Positions 36,771 to 51,256 are shown, numbered from the stretch's first letter. The stretch is DNA of 64,000 bases from Lama guanicoe (GCA_013239625.1 MU053216.1:2632943-2696942); one strand, 5' to 3'. Made by a program: numbers and translations. Notes: generated by a model not told the origin, from the sequence alone.

Positions 36771-39351
36771 CAAAAACAAAACCAAAAAATGAACAAGGTG
36801 TCAATAATGAAGCTCCTAAATTCACTGTTTCTAAATTTACATTCAAATTATTGGAAATTTTTCCAACAAACATCTTCGTTGGAAACAGTATTTACTTTTT
36901 TTTTTTTTGGTTTAAAAACCATAATGCTGATTCAACCTAAAAATTGAGTGAAGACATTTCATTGCCCTGCCTCAGCAAACTTGCTTGATTGCAGAAATTG
37001 GGGAGAAAATATGCCTCCTACATCCTTTTAATTCAAATTTTTATTATTGAGTCATTTAAATGTTAACCGTTTCATGTTACATAAGGGATTGGCGACAGGG
37101 TTAAAGCTTAATACTTCAATATTATCTCCATTGCTCTCATTTTATTATTTTCATAAAGGAACATGTGTTACAGGTAGCTTCGTGCAGGGTTAATTTTCAT
37201 ATTTTATACTCTCATAGCATCTTTTAAAGGTGTTTGTTTTAGGTTATTCTAAGGAGCCACCAGAGTTACCGCTGCTTTGATCCGCTGAGGAAGTGTGAGC
37301 AATGTCATAGTTAAAGAAGCGAGCACTGACGTTGGGGTGTTTTTTGCCTTTTCTTCTGGAGGCAGATTTCCCTTTAAAAAGAAGCAAAAGCGTTTCTGAA
37401 AAAGTGTACTGAAACCGAGATCCTTGTTTGAACACAGTCTTCCTGTGGATTTGCATGACCTGTGCGGTGGCGCATCGCCTTAGCGCCCACGTCACGCTCA
37501 GAAGTGTCTCTGAGGGCGGCAGGGCAGCCACCTCCGCCGGCACCTTTAGGGTCCCGTGTTGTCCTAACATCACCTGCAGAGAGAGAACTTCCGAGTTGCA
37601 CCTAGGTGAGTCTGCATGCATTCTCCACCATCATTTCCTTACTAATTCTTTAGGCAACGATATATCAAGAGATACCTACAGTCGATTTAAAACTCAGGTC
37701 AAGGTCTTAACGCCTAAAGGGAAAAGAAGCTGTGAAACACCTACGTTAGGTACTGAAGACTGCTCCCCACCAAACAGTGCTCAGCTTGCATCTATGAGCC
37801 ACGTGTTCCTTCCAGATTGGACAGCTGGTAACCGCTGGTAATGTTTACTCCAGGCAGTGTTTCGGTTAACGTAGTCTAAAGAGAAGGGCAGACAAGAATG
37901 CAAGACTTCATCTTTTTCTTCTTCCTTTTTTGAGGTTCAAACCAGAGTAGATTGTAATAAGACGTCATCACCATGAGTAAACATCATTCCAGGTCATTTA
38001 GGTGCTTAAGAAAACGACACAGTGGTTCTGACGGCACCATTTCTTAAAAGAATATATTGCTGTACCGTGCATTTAAAATGTATTTCTTCTGCAAGTTAGT
38101 ATGCCAAATCCTTTATTCAAAGACACCACATTTTTACTAGAGAACAAATTCAAGAGTGTGGAAAGCTGATCGTTCAAGGCTCCTCTCTTACAATAAGGCA
38201 GAAAGAGCTGCCAACCTGTTGGCTAATTATTTATTCAATTTTTTCCTTCTCTTTTGCTCTGCCCCCTGTCAGCCTCATTGGCCTTTTAGCTACCAGTGTT
38301 CTTCTCCCCCAGATCACTTCACAGTCAGTGCTGCGTACTGGGGTCATTTTTGCTCTTCTTTCTCCCAAACTCTGGTCAATTCATTAACTACCTTTCAGTA
38401 TTCTTATGAGTTTCTCATTATAGCCACACAGCAAATATGAGCACTGGGTGAGGAGTAGGAAGGTGTGTTACTGAATATCTGATTGGCTCTTTCTGGACCT
38501 CGATTTCCCTATCAGTAGTCTGGGGAATTAGGGCCAGTGGATCTCCAAGGTCCTGGGACATACATCTGCATGATTCACTGAAATCGAGAGTCTGAAACTG
38601 ATGAAAGCTGAGCTCTCGGAATGATCTCAGTGGGTTACACATGTGCCAAGCGGTCCATCCTTTGGAAAATGTAGTCACACTTACTCAAGACTATTCCTTT
38701 TAAGTATTTAATTTTCACTTTTTAAATCCCTCTGTGGTCACACTTTGATGCCTGTATGTGCCTCCTGAAGGGCATTCGCCATCTGAGTCTGCTGGCCTCC
38801 TGCATGGAGTGCCATATGCAAAACTGCACAGCTTAGGGCGCTCTGGGGTGATTCTGACCTTGCATTTTACTGACGAGCCGAGAAAGGTCAGGGAACAACG
38901 TGATCACTTCTTTGTAAAGATCCTTTTTGAATGGCATATTTTTTGCAAGCTCTGCAAAAAATCTGGAACCACTGGGTTGCACAACAGAAGAAGGGATTTG
39001 CTGCGGGATAGATCTTAACTGTTAGTACTGCAATCGTAGGCTGTGACTCCCGGGGTTTTCCAAATGCTGATTGAGTCATTAACACTAAGAGTTACAAAAC
39101 AGACACCCTCAAGGCACCCCCCCGGTTACTGCACCTCATGTTCGCACTGCCACTGTTTTTGTGATAGAGGAGTTTTGACCACTGAGGGACTGTTGAGGAA
39201 CTCTGCCGTCATTTTCATCCTGAATTTTAGCAAACAGACTCAGGTTCCTTGCTTATGAACAATTTAGGTAAGTTGTAAAGTCTCATGTTAATTCTGGCTA
39301 TGCTCTAGGTTTGAACTAGTTTATAACCGTGGTGTATGTATATGAACTTCC

Positions 39352-39768
39352 ACAGGGATGAACGTAAAGAATTGATTGTCATACTAAGTGAATTAAGTCA
39401 GACACTGAAAGACAAACATCACAGGATATCACTTATCTGTGGAATCTAAAAAAAGACACAAATTTTATTTACAAACCAGAAATAGTCTCACAGACATAGA
39501 AAATAAACTGCGGTTACCAAAGGGGAAGGAGGGAGAGGAATAACTTAGGAGTTTGGGATCTGCAGGTCTAACTACCATAAACAAAACAGATAAACAACAA
39601 GGATCTGCTGTACAGCACAGGAACTATATTCAGTATCTTGTAATAACCTGTAATGTAAAAGAATCCGAAAAATAAGATATATAAGTATGTGTATGTATAA
39701 TTGAATTGCTTTACTGTACACCTGAAACAAACTTTGTAAATCAACTATACTTCAATTTAAAAAAAAAA
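39352..39768 (+). mobile_element. 5'-truncated L1 3' UTR with A tail
   Basis: catactaagtgaattaagtcagac...cacttatctgtggaatctaaaaa...ggttaccaaaggggaa...tgtaaatcaactatacttcaatttaaaaaaaaaa. Confidence 0.92.
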
Positions 39769-41177
39769 GAAATTGGACTTGAAGTTTCAAATGTCAGAAT
39801 CAGGGATATTAATAATAATCTAAAAATCAAGAATGTACCATGAGAATAAAAAAGAGTGTAGCGTGAGTCATGAGAGTCCGTGGAGGAAACTGTCACATCA
39901 AGTGAGTTAAATAATAAATATAAAATGAATTTAAAAGATCACTTGAAATATAAAGAGTTATAACTACACTGAGGGTTCTTTTCTACTGAAGTCTATACAA
40001 AAGATTTACCTTATTCTTTTAGGAAATTGTAAGCAACAGCGACTCAGATCAGCTCACAAAGCAAATAAAACTGAGTTTTTAAACGTATTTGTCCACCAAA
40101 ATTATCTCTGCCCCTAGAATAGTGTATAAACACAGACTAGATCCAAATAAAATCGCTTTTGCAGATATCCACAGCGTGCAAAAATCAAGCGTCCATAGTC
40201 ATCAAACTAGCCATGATATGAAATCGCAGAAATGTCGGATTTTTTTCCTCCTTCTTCTTAAAAAAAAAAATCAGTTTATTCAAGTAGTCATATAAGCCTA
40301 AATTTTAGAAAGGAAGAAATGAAGGAGAAAAATAAAAGATGTAACAGCAGATCATACTAAATCTAGAAAGTAGTTTTTGAACCGCAAATGTGAAATTAGG
40401 TATTTAATGAAAATCACGTAAAATTCTAGAAATATGTATTAGGTTTGGATGATGCTGTCTGTCATTATGTGAAGCTGTGATAGGATATACCATACGCACA
40501 CATTTACACACAACGAGTTACTAATGATCACATTTGGGCTTGGTAGGGAAAACTTTAATTTCGTAACTGCTGTCAACATTAAGTTGCATTTATGCATCTG
40601 AATTTCCATTATAACTTTTTGGAAATAGGATGTTAAACCGAAGGTAGAACTGACCTAAGGAATATGATCACCTCGACAATGTGCCTAGAATAAACGTAGG
40701 TACAGTTTTATAATCAAAATATGGATCCCTTTTCTTTTAATTTAAGGTATTTATTTATTAGAGTCAAATGTCAGAGTTCAAGAGTTTAATTATGTAGTTT
40801 GTGAAATAGTGTATTTTAAACTAGAAAAGGCCTTAGAAATAACCTGCGGACAAAGATCCTGAGGACTGAAAAGAGAAGAAAGGAATCCGAGTGCATGGAG
40901 CGAATTATCCGGACTGATAGAAAAGAATTCTCTCAATTTCTCAGGTGTCTCTTTAAAAATGACTGGATAAAGGAAAACACACAGAGATGAAAGCACAGCA
41001 GCTCCATTTGGTTAATAATATTAGTTTTGATAAAAGTCCTCCTGGAGATAAAGCTGAGTGCATTTGTTTCAGTGAGAAACATCAGACTTCTAACAGAAGC
41101 ACTTATCTCTTTGTTGTTCGATTTTCTCATCTGTACACAGCCCAGGGCACACCGTGCACATCTCCCAGTACCCGGGG

Positions 41178-41378
41178 TGTTTATTAAGTGCTTACTACCA
41201 GCGTATCATAGTGCCTGCACCCTGCAACTAATTCCCGTCAGCACTTCTATGCTGCACGCCCTGTTACTGTCCCCGTTTTGGAAATGAGAACACAGGCTGA
41301 CTACGTCCAAGATGACGCAGTGCCTGCGGGGTGGGGCCAGCCCTGAACCCACAGGTCAGGCTCTGTGCTTTTCTTCCT
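41178..41378 (-). mobile_element. MIR SINE remnant
   Basis: tttattaagtgcttacta...gtccccgttttggaaatgagaacacaggct...gtccaagatgacgcag...ctgaaccca follows the MIR core layout. Confidence 0.65.
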
Positions 41379-44300
41379 GGCTCTTTTTCCCTTATCGTCC
41401 TAAAATATGACATAATAGGCATTGGGGAAAACACCCACGTAACAGAGCATTTCACAAATGCAAGAAGGCGTTAGTTCTAGAAGGAATGCTGGCCTGGTCT
41501 CACGTCATCCTGGGCGTCAGTTCTCGAAGGTGCAGGTCAGATCTCTCCAGTGAGTTCTGTTACAAGGACGGTGGAGATAAGACCATGGAAAAGCCCGTTT
41601 ATTTCACTGATTTATTTAAAATTCCTGAATTGAACTCTCTGGAACATCTCTGTAACAGGGTCTCATCAACATGGGGAAGAAACCTTCGTTGCCACCACCA
41701 GTTCTATTTGTTTTGTAAATCAGTTTGTTCTCAGCCATATTTCCCTATGGTTCCCCAGTTTCCTGTTTTTTATCTCCTTTACCTAATCAACATAGTATAT
41801 CCTGCTATTCCATCTTAAAGAAGTAATGCCTCAAAAAATGTATGTGAGTAATGTTTGCAAATTGAAAGATTAATCTTATAGGAGTTTAGTAATACACCGA
41901 GCTTGGCTGTAGCAGTTTACAGTAGCACAGAAGTCCAGCCTATGATGACCTCCATCCAAATGGACGTAGCCACCAATGGTCTTTACAAAAGGATGAAATT
42001 ACATCCAAGGACAATGCTATCAAATTGTTATGATGCGCCCATTGCATAATCGACCTAAAATGTTTACTGAGTGTTAGTTCTGGGAAGACAATGGACATCA
42101 ACCTAGTTCATGTTCTCATGGTTTAAGAATGAAAATCTGTGCAAAGTCTCGTTTTTGGATCAGAGTTAATGGGCTCTGTCAAGGATTTAAAGTGTGTACT
42201 TAGACATCCTACGATCTCACACCTCTCAAATGTTTTCCTGACATTTCTGACATTTCTGTAAACAGCCAAACCCTGGCGTGGTGGGAGGCTCGGCTGGCCT
42301 CTCGAGACCTTCTCTCTCGTGATTCTTTAATCATTAATCAACTGGATGTTTCTAGATGTGAAACTCTGACTCAGATCAGCTTCTCTCTTGGAGAAGAAAT
42401 GTAAGTCATTGCCTGAAAATTCTCCTGTTAGTTCTCAGCTCGCTAAAAAAAAATTTCCTGATTTCATGTCGGATGGTGAAACTCACTACAGAAATCCATT
42501 CGTTCCACCAACAGCAGTAGTTTTTATTGTATGTTACATCTGAAAGAATTCCTACTATATATACTTCTCATTTACTTGAAAATATCTTCGAAGGTATACA
42601 CTGTTTTAAGGCATTAGTCAGCCCACGGTGTCTGTGTGCAGTTTGCGCCTACTACAGTAAACTTTGCTGAAGGTCAAGAGCAACACAACAGCAAGGGCCT
42701 GGAAGCTATTTCCTGTCTTCAGCATTGTTCTAAATTCTGAGAAATTCTACCATAAATTTGAAGTTGTCTGTAAAGTCATGTTGCCTATCCCGACGAAGTT
42801 CCATTATTTATCCCTGAACAATAGATGCTCTAATCTGTCTTTCAGATGTTATTAAATAGTTACTGCAAGAGCCGTTAAAGAAACTTTTGCTAGAAAGTTT
42901 TATGTTTGAATGCTTGTCTGTAATTTACATCCAGTTGTCTCTCCAACGTTCATATTCATAAGTGGTTTCTGAATCATTCAGCGAAACATTCATGTTACCA
43001 CATACATAAAAAGTAAAGTTAAACCAACATGGTGTCCCCGAGGACTAGAACGCAAAAGAAATACTGACCAAATTTGATAGATTATGGTCAAGGTGAAAAG
43101 ATAAAGGTTGGAAACATGAGAAAAAGTTATGCTCCACCCTCGAAGGGGTTCCTAATCCAGTTGATTCAAAATAAAAGAAAACACTCAAGGTAATTAACTT
43201 TTATTTTATTTAAAATGTAGAATGAAGTTAAAAAAATCTTTAGAATAGCAGGCAATTTTATTGTAAAAATCTTGAATTTGAAGATAACAACCTTCTAAGT
43301 ATGCACAATCCAAAATGAGCAGAAATCTCACTTTAAAAATTGTCCTATTCAATAATTTTTATAGATAATTGAACTTCATAGTGAAGACCAGAGGAGTAAA
43401 TATTCTAAACTCCCAGAATTATAAAAGTAAACACTGGGTTGTATTCAATATAATTTGGGGATAAAGTCTATTCTTTGAGTCATTTGAAACATTTGAAAAT
43501 GAGAATCCAAGGGTTAATCAAATGTATCAGTTCATTTTCAGAAAAAAAAATAGATCTCTATTAATGTTTCTCATTTCATGTAATTTGAAGGATTTTTAAA
43601 ATCAGGTAATTACCACTTGCTTTGAGAGGGTATTAAAAAGTGCTGTCCAGTCATTCTTCGTTGTGCCTAGAGCCACGTTCTCCTTGATTGCTCGAGTGTG
43701 CCCACGGCGTGAAAGCAAAGAAACACCAAGCAGGAATATTTCCTATGTGACCAAACTCCTAGCTTCTGCTATAGAACGTTTGTTTCAATAAATCTACGGG
43801 CGTTTGGAAGAACTCAGACACATTTCAATTAACACCTGGGGTCTTAAAAATCCTTTCATGTCATTCTCAGTGTTCGTCAGAGCAGTGATGTCATTGAGAG
43901 GGTAGGTGGCCCGCGCACACTTAGCATAAGCACTGAGCACGCGCTCTGGGCCACCTCGGTCCCATCTGGGATGACCTCAGGAATCTTCAGGATTCCAGCT
44001 GGCCTAGTCTTGTGGCTTGAATGCACCATACCGTATCATCTTTCCAGCAGAACCGAGGACCGAGAAAGTAATGGTGTCAGTCATTTCAGAGCAGAGGCAC
44101 TGACGGATGGCATGATGCCTGTGGAGCTGGACAGACAGACAGGACACTCTCACCAGACTGCTGCTTCTGGAGTGACTTGAAGTCTCATGGCAATAATAGG
44201 TCATGGGGATGCTGACTTCAGAGCCGTTGGTCCAGCTGACCGGTGAGTTCCTGCCGCTTGTCGCCTTGAACCATGGGTCTGTGTCCTCAGACGCCTTTTC

Positions 44301-47079
44301 CTCCTGTGGAAGCCTCGTCTTAGTTCCAGCCCATCCTCCGATGCCATCCTCGCTACTCCTCTGCTCCCTTCTGAGCACAGGGCAGACGGGAAGGGGCTTG
44401 CTTTGACTCTGATGTACCCACAGTTAACCTTAAGGCTGTCGGAGCCGGGAGACAGAGCCGCACCTCCCAGGGACCGCCACAGCCACGCCGGGAGTTTCCA
44501 TTCATTCCGGGCCTGGTCCCTGGGAGCTGTCTGCCAAACAAAACCGCTAAAACGGTGCGAGGCCAGGATCATCACCAAGAGAGCACAGATGAAACTGTTT
44601 CATAAAGAAGCTCACGGGGGGACACGCTGTGAAGAGGCAGAGAGGCCACGGGTCCTCCGACCCGGGCATCGGGGCCATGCGGGAGACCCGGCAGGCGGGC
44701 AGGGCCACCTCTGAAGCAATTTCAAGGATCGCAGGAGGCAGCTCCTGGGTTCCACGCTCTCCTCTCATTTTTGTGGGAAGGGCTTCCCAGCGGCTCTGAC
44801 AACAGCTCCCCGGGGCTCCCCCAGGAGTGTCCCCCCGCTCCCCTGTAATGAGCCCCTCTGTGCAGATACCACCCTCTCGCTCACTGCTGCCTCATTTTGC
44901 CCCCAGCGCAGCCAGCTCCGGGAGTTTTGACTGACTTGCTACAGCTTTTCCACAGTTAGACGTTCCGGGGCCGGGCTCGTGTGGAGGCTTCCGTGGCTGA
45001 GAAGGGAAGCGAGAAGGGAGACTCTTGTTTTGCTCTGGGTTTTCTCATCGGAGAGGCTGCCTGTCTCTGAATACGCGGGAACACCCCAGGAAGGAGACAG
45101 AAGTCATAGGTCAGGGACAGCACAGTCACCAGCCTCGGTCTCAGCTCCGCGTGTGTCTAAAAGGAACGAGGAATCTCAAAGAGTTGCAAGGGCGGCGCAC
45201 GTCAGCTCTGCACAACGGCACGGTCTGTGCGACCCATGCGAGGAGGACGATTGTCACAACCGTCTGCTTTGGTTTTGGTCAAACGTACATCTCCTGACAG
45301 AGCAAGGGGAGGTGTGATACGGGTGCTCGCCATCAAAAGCCTTACTGTGTTCACTGGACGTATTACCCTCATTTAAATACAGCCGGTCATTTGGGCTCAG
45401 AGAAAATGAGGCATCAGCGCGACTGAGAACATTGGTTTATGTTGTTTAAAGAGGGAGATGAGAGTGTGTCCAGTCGGGCCTTGCTACACACATAGGTCTG
45501 AGTCACCATTAAAAACAAGTGGGGTTTCATAACAATAGTATGAAGTGGGGGTAGATACGTGTTAGTAACACCTCGTTTCCGTGTGGAAGACAGGATTTGT
45601 TTGTTTCAAGCACTGACGCCCTGGATAGCGGGGGTCCCCAATCCACTGCCCCCTTCCTCCCTCCTCAGGTCCTGAGATAAAACACAAAGTAAAACGGATG
45701 GAGACAGAACATCACCTCTGTTACTGCTGCCCCTGCTCATTTTGAAGAGGGTGGCTTATACCTTGCAGCACATGGGCTGGAAAGGCCAGCGTCGAGGTCA
45801 CCCCAGGGGATACGCGTGTGCAGGCAGAGAAGTCTTCAGGGAGAAGAGCAGAGAGGAGGAGAGACAGACAGACGCATGCAGAAGACAGAGAGACGGAGAC
45901 GTGCTGGCTCACGTGCTCAGGCTTTCCTTCCAGACTTTCCAGTTCAACACCCGTCCAGGACAAAGGGAAGACGACATTGAAGGATGGTGATGGCGGAGTC
46001 GCCACACAGGAAGGTCAGGAGGAGGAGAGACCCTCTCATCCGAATTTCATAAAAAATAAAAATAAAAGTAGAATACAAAGTCAATAAAATTGTAAAAGAT
46101 AGCTTTAAGGTGAAAGAAAATGTCCCACCTTGGAGTCTTTAACTGAACTGATAATTCATGAAGCAGCTGACAAATACCCAGACACGCATGGTAACAAGGC
46201 GTGAATCCTCCGCGGGGAAGTGGCAGGACCCCAGGTGGAAGGGACTGTCACACATCTCCATGGAGGGCCCCTGGGGACCCACACCAGAGGTACAGCCCCT
46301 CACCCCCTCCTGTGGATGGGGTTCCAACCTCTTGAAGGGCAGACAAGTGGCTCCCCGACCCAAGCAGCCCCAAGAAAGTCGCCCCTCAACCTCCTGCCCA
46401 CCCTCTGCCAGCCGTTCACTCTGGTCTCACCATCACGGTGAGCACATCCTTGTCATGAAGGGTTCCGTGCAGTGCTCCTACGAAGGCTCCTTGCGAAGCT
46501 GCTTCGACATGTTGTCACTTGGAAACTTTTGTCGCTGGAGATTTATATCTGATAAAAGTCTTCTACAAAAATATGTTAAAAGTCCTTCATCATAATCGCA
46601 AGGAGGAAGCCTCCCGGCCACGTCTTTCACCATGTGGGACTAATGAACTTCTGCAGGGAGCAGAGACAACTGTGCTCCAAGCGTCGAGAGAGGGGAGCTA
46701 GGGTTCTCTCCCATTTCTCCTCCATTGTCTTCTGCTCTTATCTTTCCACTGGCATCAAACCTTCAGGGGCAGGTGACAGCCAGGTGGCCACGGCGCAGGG
46801 CACAAATGACCTTCCAAGTTGCCGCCTTTCCACACAGACATCCCAGAGGTGGAGTGGTGAGTCCCGGGACGGCCACTCCTGCGTGGGGCAGTAATTCTAG
46901 GGCAAAGGAGAAGCCAGCACAGCGAGCAGATTTCTCCTGACCGCGTTCCTAGGGAATTCTAAAGGAGCCAGGGTTTCCCAAGGAGCTGCCCAGTAAAACT
47001 CGCCCGAGGAGGCTACTCAGGGTGTAGATGGCAGTCGTGAGGACACCTGCCGTTCCTGGATCAGCTCGGCTTCCCCAGA

Positions 47080-47625
47080 GAAGCCACGCGGGGTGTGGGG
47101 GACAGAGACAAGGAGGAGGGGAGGGTGGCAAGGAGGATGGGGAGGAGGAAGAGGAAGAGGGAGGAGGAAGGAAGGAAGGAGGAGCGAGAAGAGAGAGCTT
47201 GGGCTGAGGAGTCTGATGTGAGCGCGGAGGCTGCAGGCCGAGGTCTGCAGGCGCAGGGGGAGACGCCGTGGAGCAGAGCCCCGAGCCCCGGGACTCCCAC
47301 GGAGCGCCCGGGGCTGACGGAGGCAGGTGCACAGCGTTCCGCGCTCGCGTGATGCTCAGGCGGCGCGCGGGGCCCTCGGGGCGGGGACGCGCGGGGCTGC
47401 AACCCGTTTGCGCGCCGGAAGGTCACTCAGGCCCCAGTTCAGCCGAGGGAGCGTGGTGAGGGCCAGAAAGTGAGCCCAGCACGGCGCAGAACCTGAGCCT
47501 CGGCCCCCTAGACGGCCGTGCCTCTGCCGAAGCGCGGAGGGCCGGCCGCCCGGCCGCTGCTCCGCCGTCTCCAGGCCCACCTGGCACGGGAGCGCGGGCA
47601 GCCTTCGTTTGGAAACGAAACCACA
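47080..47625. promoter_or_regulatory. Intragenic CpG island preceded by a polypurine tract
   Basis: G/A tract at ~47100-47200, dense CpG at 47220-47620, GGGGCGGGG at ~47378. Confidence 0.6.
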
Positions 47626-48299
47626 TGAAGTGGAAGACGCTTCTGGAGGTGGAAAAAGCACGAAGCTGACGCTCTAGCCGGGAGCAGCGTTCCTTCCCTT
47701 TGTCGTGTGTTTGCCAGTGATGCGACGGATCAAGAAAGTCGGGTCAAGTTGTGAATTGCACCCGGGAGATAAAATGTTGATTCTCACTAAAAACATAGAC
47801 CGAGAAGAACAGGTTTACCCCCAAGGTTTCTAAGCAAGTTCGCCAGGTTCGTAGTCACTGGGTACAAGACATGAGAACAACCCCTAGTGCACATGTGGGC
47901 AAAACAAGATCTGGTGCTGTTAACACGTTTAGTGTGTCCAGTGTACGTGGCACACTTCCTCATGACACTGACTGGTTTAAACATTTCTGTAAATTTTTTA
48001 TCTTTTTTCTTCCCCTGAAAGGACTCAAAGCTCGATTTCAGTCCATTGCCTGGAATAGTATATGATTCTTACTTGCTGAATTTTCTGATCTGCCTCGATC
48101 ATTGAGAATTTCTTTTTGTTTTACATTATGCAACTAGGGAAAAATATAAATTCCGTATCTTTTTAAATGCCTATTTACAAGGGTATATGCAGGTGCATTT
48201 AAGTTTAAGTCACACTGTATGTCAGCGCTAGAGAGAATTTAAGTGTATAAACAGCCACGGTCCAAGGTTTCCCATTATTATGTGAGCTATTGTTTTGTT

Positions 48300-48610
48300 T
48301 TCCATATACCTTCCTAGTTGCTTATGCTATTTCCTCCTATTGAAATGGTTTCCCCCTGCTCTTCCCGGAATATCCAAATAGCCAGACTCAAATGCCACCT
48401 TCTCCAAGACACCCCGACTGGGTCACTGCTGGGCTTAATCTCTCCTCTGAACGCTACTAACCCCCCAGCACCATCCCTTCAGGGCACCAAGCGCTTTGTT
48501 CCTCGTGTTGTCTTTTCATCCTTATAAGACCAGCCTCAGTCACTCAGCAGAGTCCTCTTACTCTAGTAGGTGCCAAGTGAATATTTGTTGAAATGTTGAA
48601 TGAATGAGTA
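48300..48610 (+). mobile_element. LINE-2 3' end
   Basis: ctcaaatgccaccttctcc...tagtaggtgccaagtgaatatttgttgaaatgttgaatgaatga. Confidence 0.7.
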
Positions 48611-48950
48611 AGAACTGAGAAGAACCCTTGCAGAAATCCAAGAGCCAGTTAGCAGACAGAAATAGCTCTGACAACCTCAAGAGCACTACGTTTTCTCTAA
48701 ATTCTCGTAATCAAATGGTCCCAGTTCATGAGCTGAACACAAAAATCTTTTCATGGAAGCGTGCCCTAAAGATTAATCATTAAAACCTACAGAGAAAGCT
48801 CATCGAAGAATAAACCTTGAGAAATAAATGAATTACAGAAGACAGAGGTACCACTGTAAGTTTAGGAGAAGACGGGACCAGGGAACGCAAGCAATAGATG
48901 TAACCCTAAAGGATGTTATGGTTTAGGTACTTCTGAGATGGACCACTTCC

Positions 48951-49457
48951 ACTCATTCTCTTATTCAACAAGTGTTTATTGAACACCTGTATTTTATGTC
49001 TGACGCTCTTATAGCCTCTGAGGAGACGATGGCAAACCAATTCCCCACCCACAGCAAGCACATATAAAATCGGCATGGGGCTGCTCAGTGGGGTCTGCGA
49101 TCTTCCAGAAGGCTATTAGGGAAGACCGCTGTGACAGGTAATATTTGAGCTGAGCCTTGAATGAAACGGTGGTGGGAGCAAAGGGAATATCCAAAGAAGA
49201 ACTTCCCAGACTAAAGCACAGCAAGTGCAAATGTCCGGAGGCAGGAGAGGCACTCGGGGGCTTGAAGAAGAGCAGGGAGACCATTTTAGTCAAAACAGAG
49301 TGACTGGGGAACCAGGGCAGGGGAGAGTGTGGAGGGTACCACGCAAGCTTGGTGAAGATTTGGGGTTCTGTCGTGAGCGAGGTGGGGATCTGCTGGAGAG
49401 TCTGGGCTCTGGATTTGACGTGATTTGTCTCCAGCTTCACAAGAATCACGCTAGATG
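48951..49457 (-). mobile_element. LINE-2 (L2a-like) 3' end
   Basis: ttattcaacaagtgtttattgaacacct...ggtaatatttgagctgagccttgaatga...cagcaagtgcaaatgtccggaggcagga. Confidence 0.78.
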
Positions 49458-51117
49458 TATTTTAAATTAGGACCAAGGTCAAATTATTCTTTAAGACCTT
49501 TACTGAGTAGGGTTCTACCACATGTAGATTAAAGGAAAGGCTCTTTTCTAAGGGAATTCCATGGTATCACATTAACCTGTCAATGACTTCCCCCACCTCT
49601 CCAGGGGCCACATCTGTCAGCATTGGCCCCAGGTCTCAGAGACGTCTGGGCAGCATGCTTGGTGTCAGACGTCAAGCCAGATCCTAGAGTTCCGCAGCAA
49701 CTCTTCCTTCCATTAAATTTTGTATTTTCCCAGTCTCCTCCTGCGTACCCACAGGGAGCTTTGATCAAAAGGGCCACCGGTAAAGTATTGTTAGCATTAG
49801 AAAACAGCCTGAATATTGACTAAATGGTCAGCTTCATGAAAAATCAGCAGCATCTTCTTGTCAAAAGATTAGTGTACAGACTTTCGGCAATGCTTTGAAT
49901 TTTTGTAAGTCCCCAACAGTAATGTAAGAATTCATATCTGAGCAATTTTAATAAGCACGCTATGTGGGGAGATGCTTCTGTTCAATGAGCGTTAATTTCT
50001 CTGTTGCCTTGCTTTTCTGTGTGTGTGTGTGTGTGTTTAAAATTTAGATGTTATTAAAAAGCCTACCTGAGGATATCATGTATCAGACTATTTCTAAGAG
50101 TGAATGTGCAAGTTTGTTGCTCAGCCTGACTATTCATAGATGTATTTGTTCTAATATATTGACCAATGACCTATCTTTTAATTCTGAAAAACTTGTCAGT
50201 CACCTAGGAGTTCACTCTGCGACAGTAACCAGTCCGCGAACCAGTTTTATTGGGATGATGGTGCCACGCTAGGCAGTACTTTTCATTGTAACATTAGGGT
50301 TCTAACCAGTCCCTTTCTTCCCCTTCTTGAATAGGAACTCAGCTATTCCTGGAGAGGTTCAGCTGCTGTTACATTTAGAATGCTAAGGCACCATGCAAAT
50401 GCCCGTATTTTAATCAAGAAATATGCACGTTGGCATTAAAGTCTTCCCCCTCACAGACTCACGGGTCATTTTTCCTTCACCAACCATTTGTGTGTGTGTG
50501 TGTGTATGTATTTCTCCTAGACCCACACCTGACTTGAGAAGACTCTCAGCCCCTTGGTCAAGCATTTCTTTCTTTCTCTTCCCCATCCCTGTGCTCTGGA
50601 AACTCAAGTAGGATTGAACGCAGTGTGCATCTGTGGATGGTCCCCGAGGCTGGTACTCTGGCCGAGAGGTGGACGGATAGTGCAGAACTGGACACAGCCC
50701 AGCTCACAGTCCCTGACTCCTGAATAAGCCTCTAGGTGAAATGATCTGAGGAGAGCCTGCCACTAGGCTGAGAGTCTAAATGGTGATATTTGATGACGTC
50801 TACCACTGACTGTTTTTTAAGAAGAAACAACAATGAGCGTTTGTCCAAATGTCTGAAGGGAGGTTTTGACCTTCCTTCTGTTCCATCGAGGATGAGTTCT
50901 GTCATCCTTTTTAAGCTCGTTCGCTTCTGGATCCCTGTGTTCATTTCGTTCCCCAGCATGTGTGCTCAGCCTTGCTGGCAGGGGCCATGAGGACTGCGGG
51001 TGTACGTCGGGGAGATGGAGGAGTAGAAGGAACAGGAGGCACCAGCTGTCTTCTAGCCAGGTCATTCACTCAATGCATATTTACAGGATACGCTTATGTG
51101 AAAACACAGAGGGGGCA

Positions 51118-51256
51118 GGGGAGGGTTAGCTCAGTGGCAGAGTGTGTGCCTAGCGTGCACGAGGCCCCGGGTTCAATCCCCAGTCCCTCTGTTAAAAAAT
51201 AAATAAATAAACCTAATGACCTTCCCTGCACTAAATGAATAAATGAATAAATAAAT
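51118..51256 (+). mobile_element. Camelid tRNA-derived SINE (Vic-1-like)
   Basis: ggggagggttagctcagtggcagagtgtgtgcctagcgtgcacgaggccccgggttcaatccccag with an A-rich tail. TSD aaaacacagagggggca (51101-51117) / aaaacacagagggagca (51257-51273). Confidence 0.92.

Noticed and set aside
41942..42070. C-box ATGATGA ... D-box CTGA snoRNA-like arrangement
   Set aside because: No terminal stem and no recognisable rRNA guide; these short motifs occur by chance.
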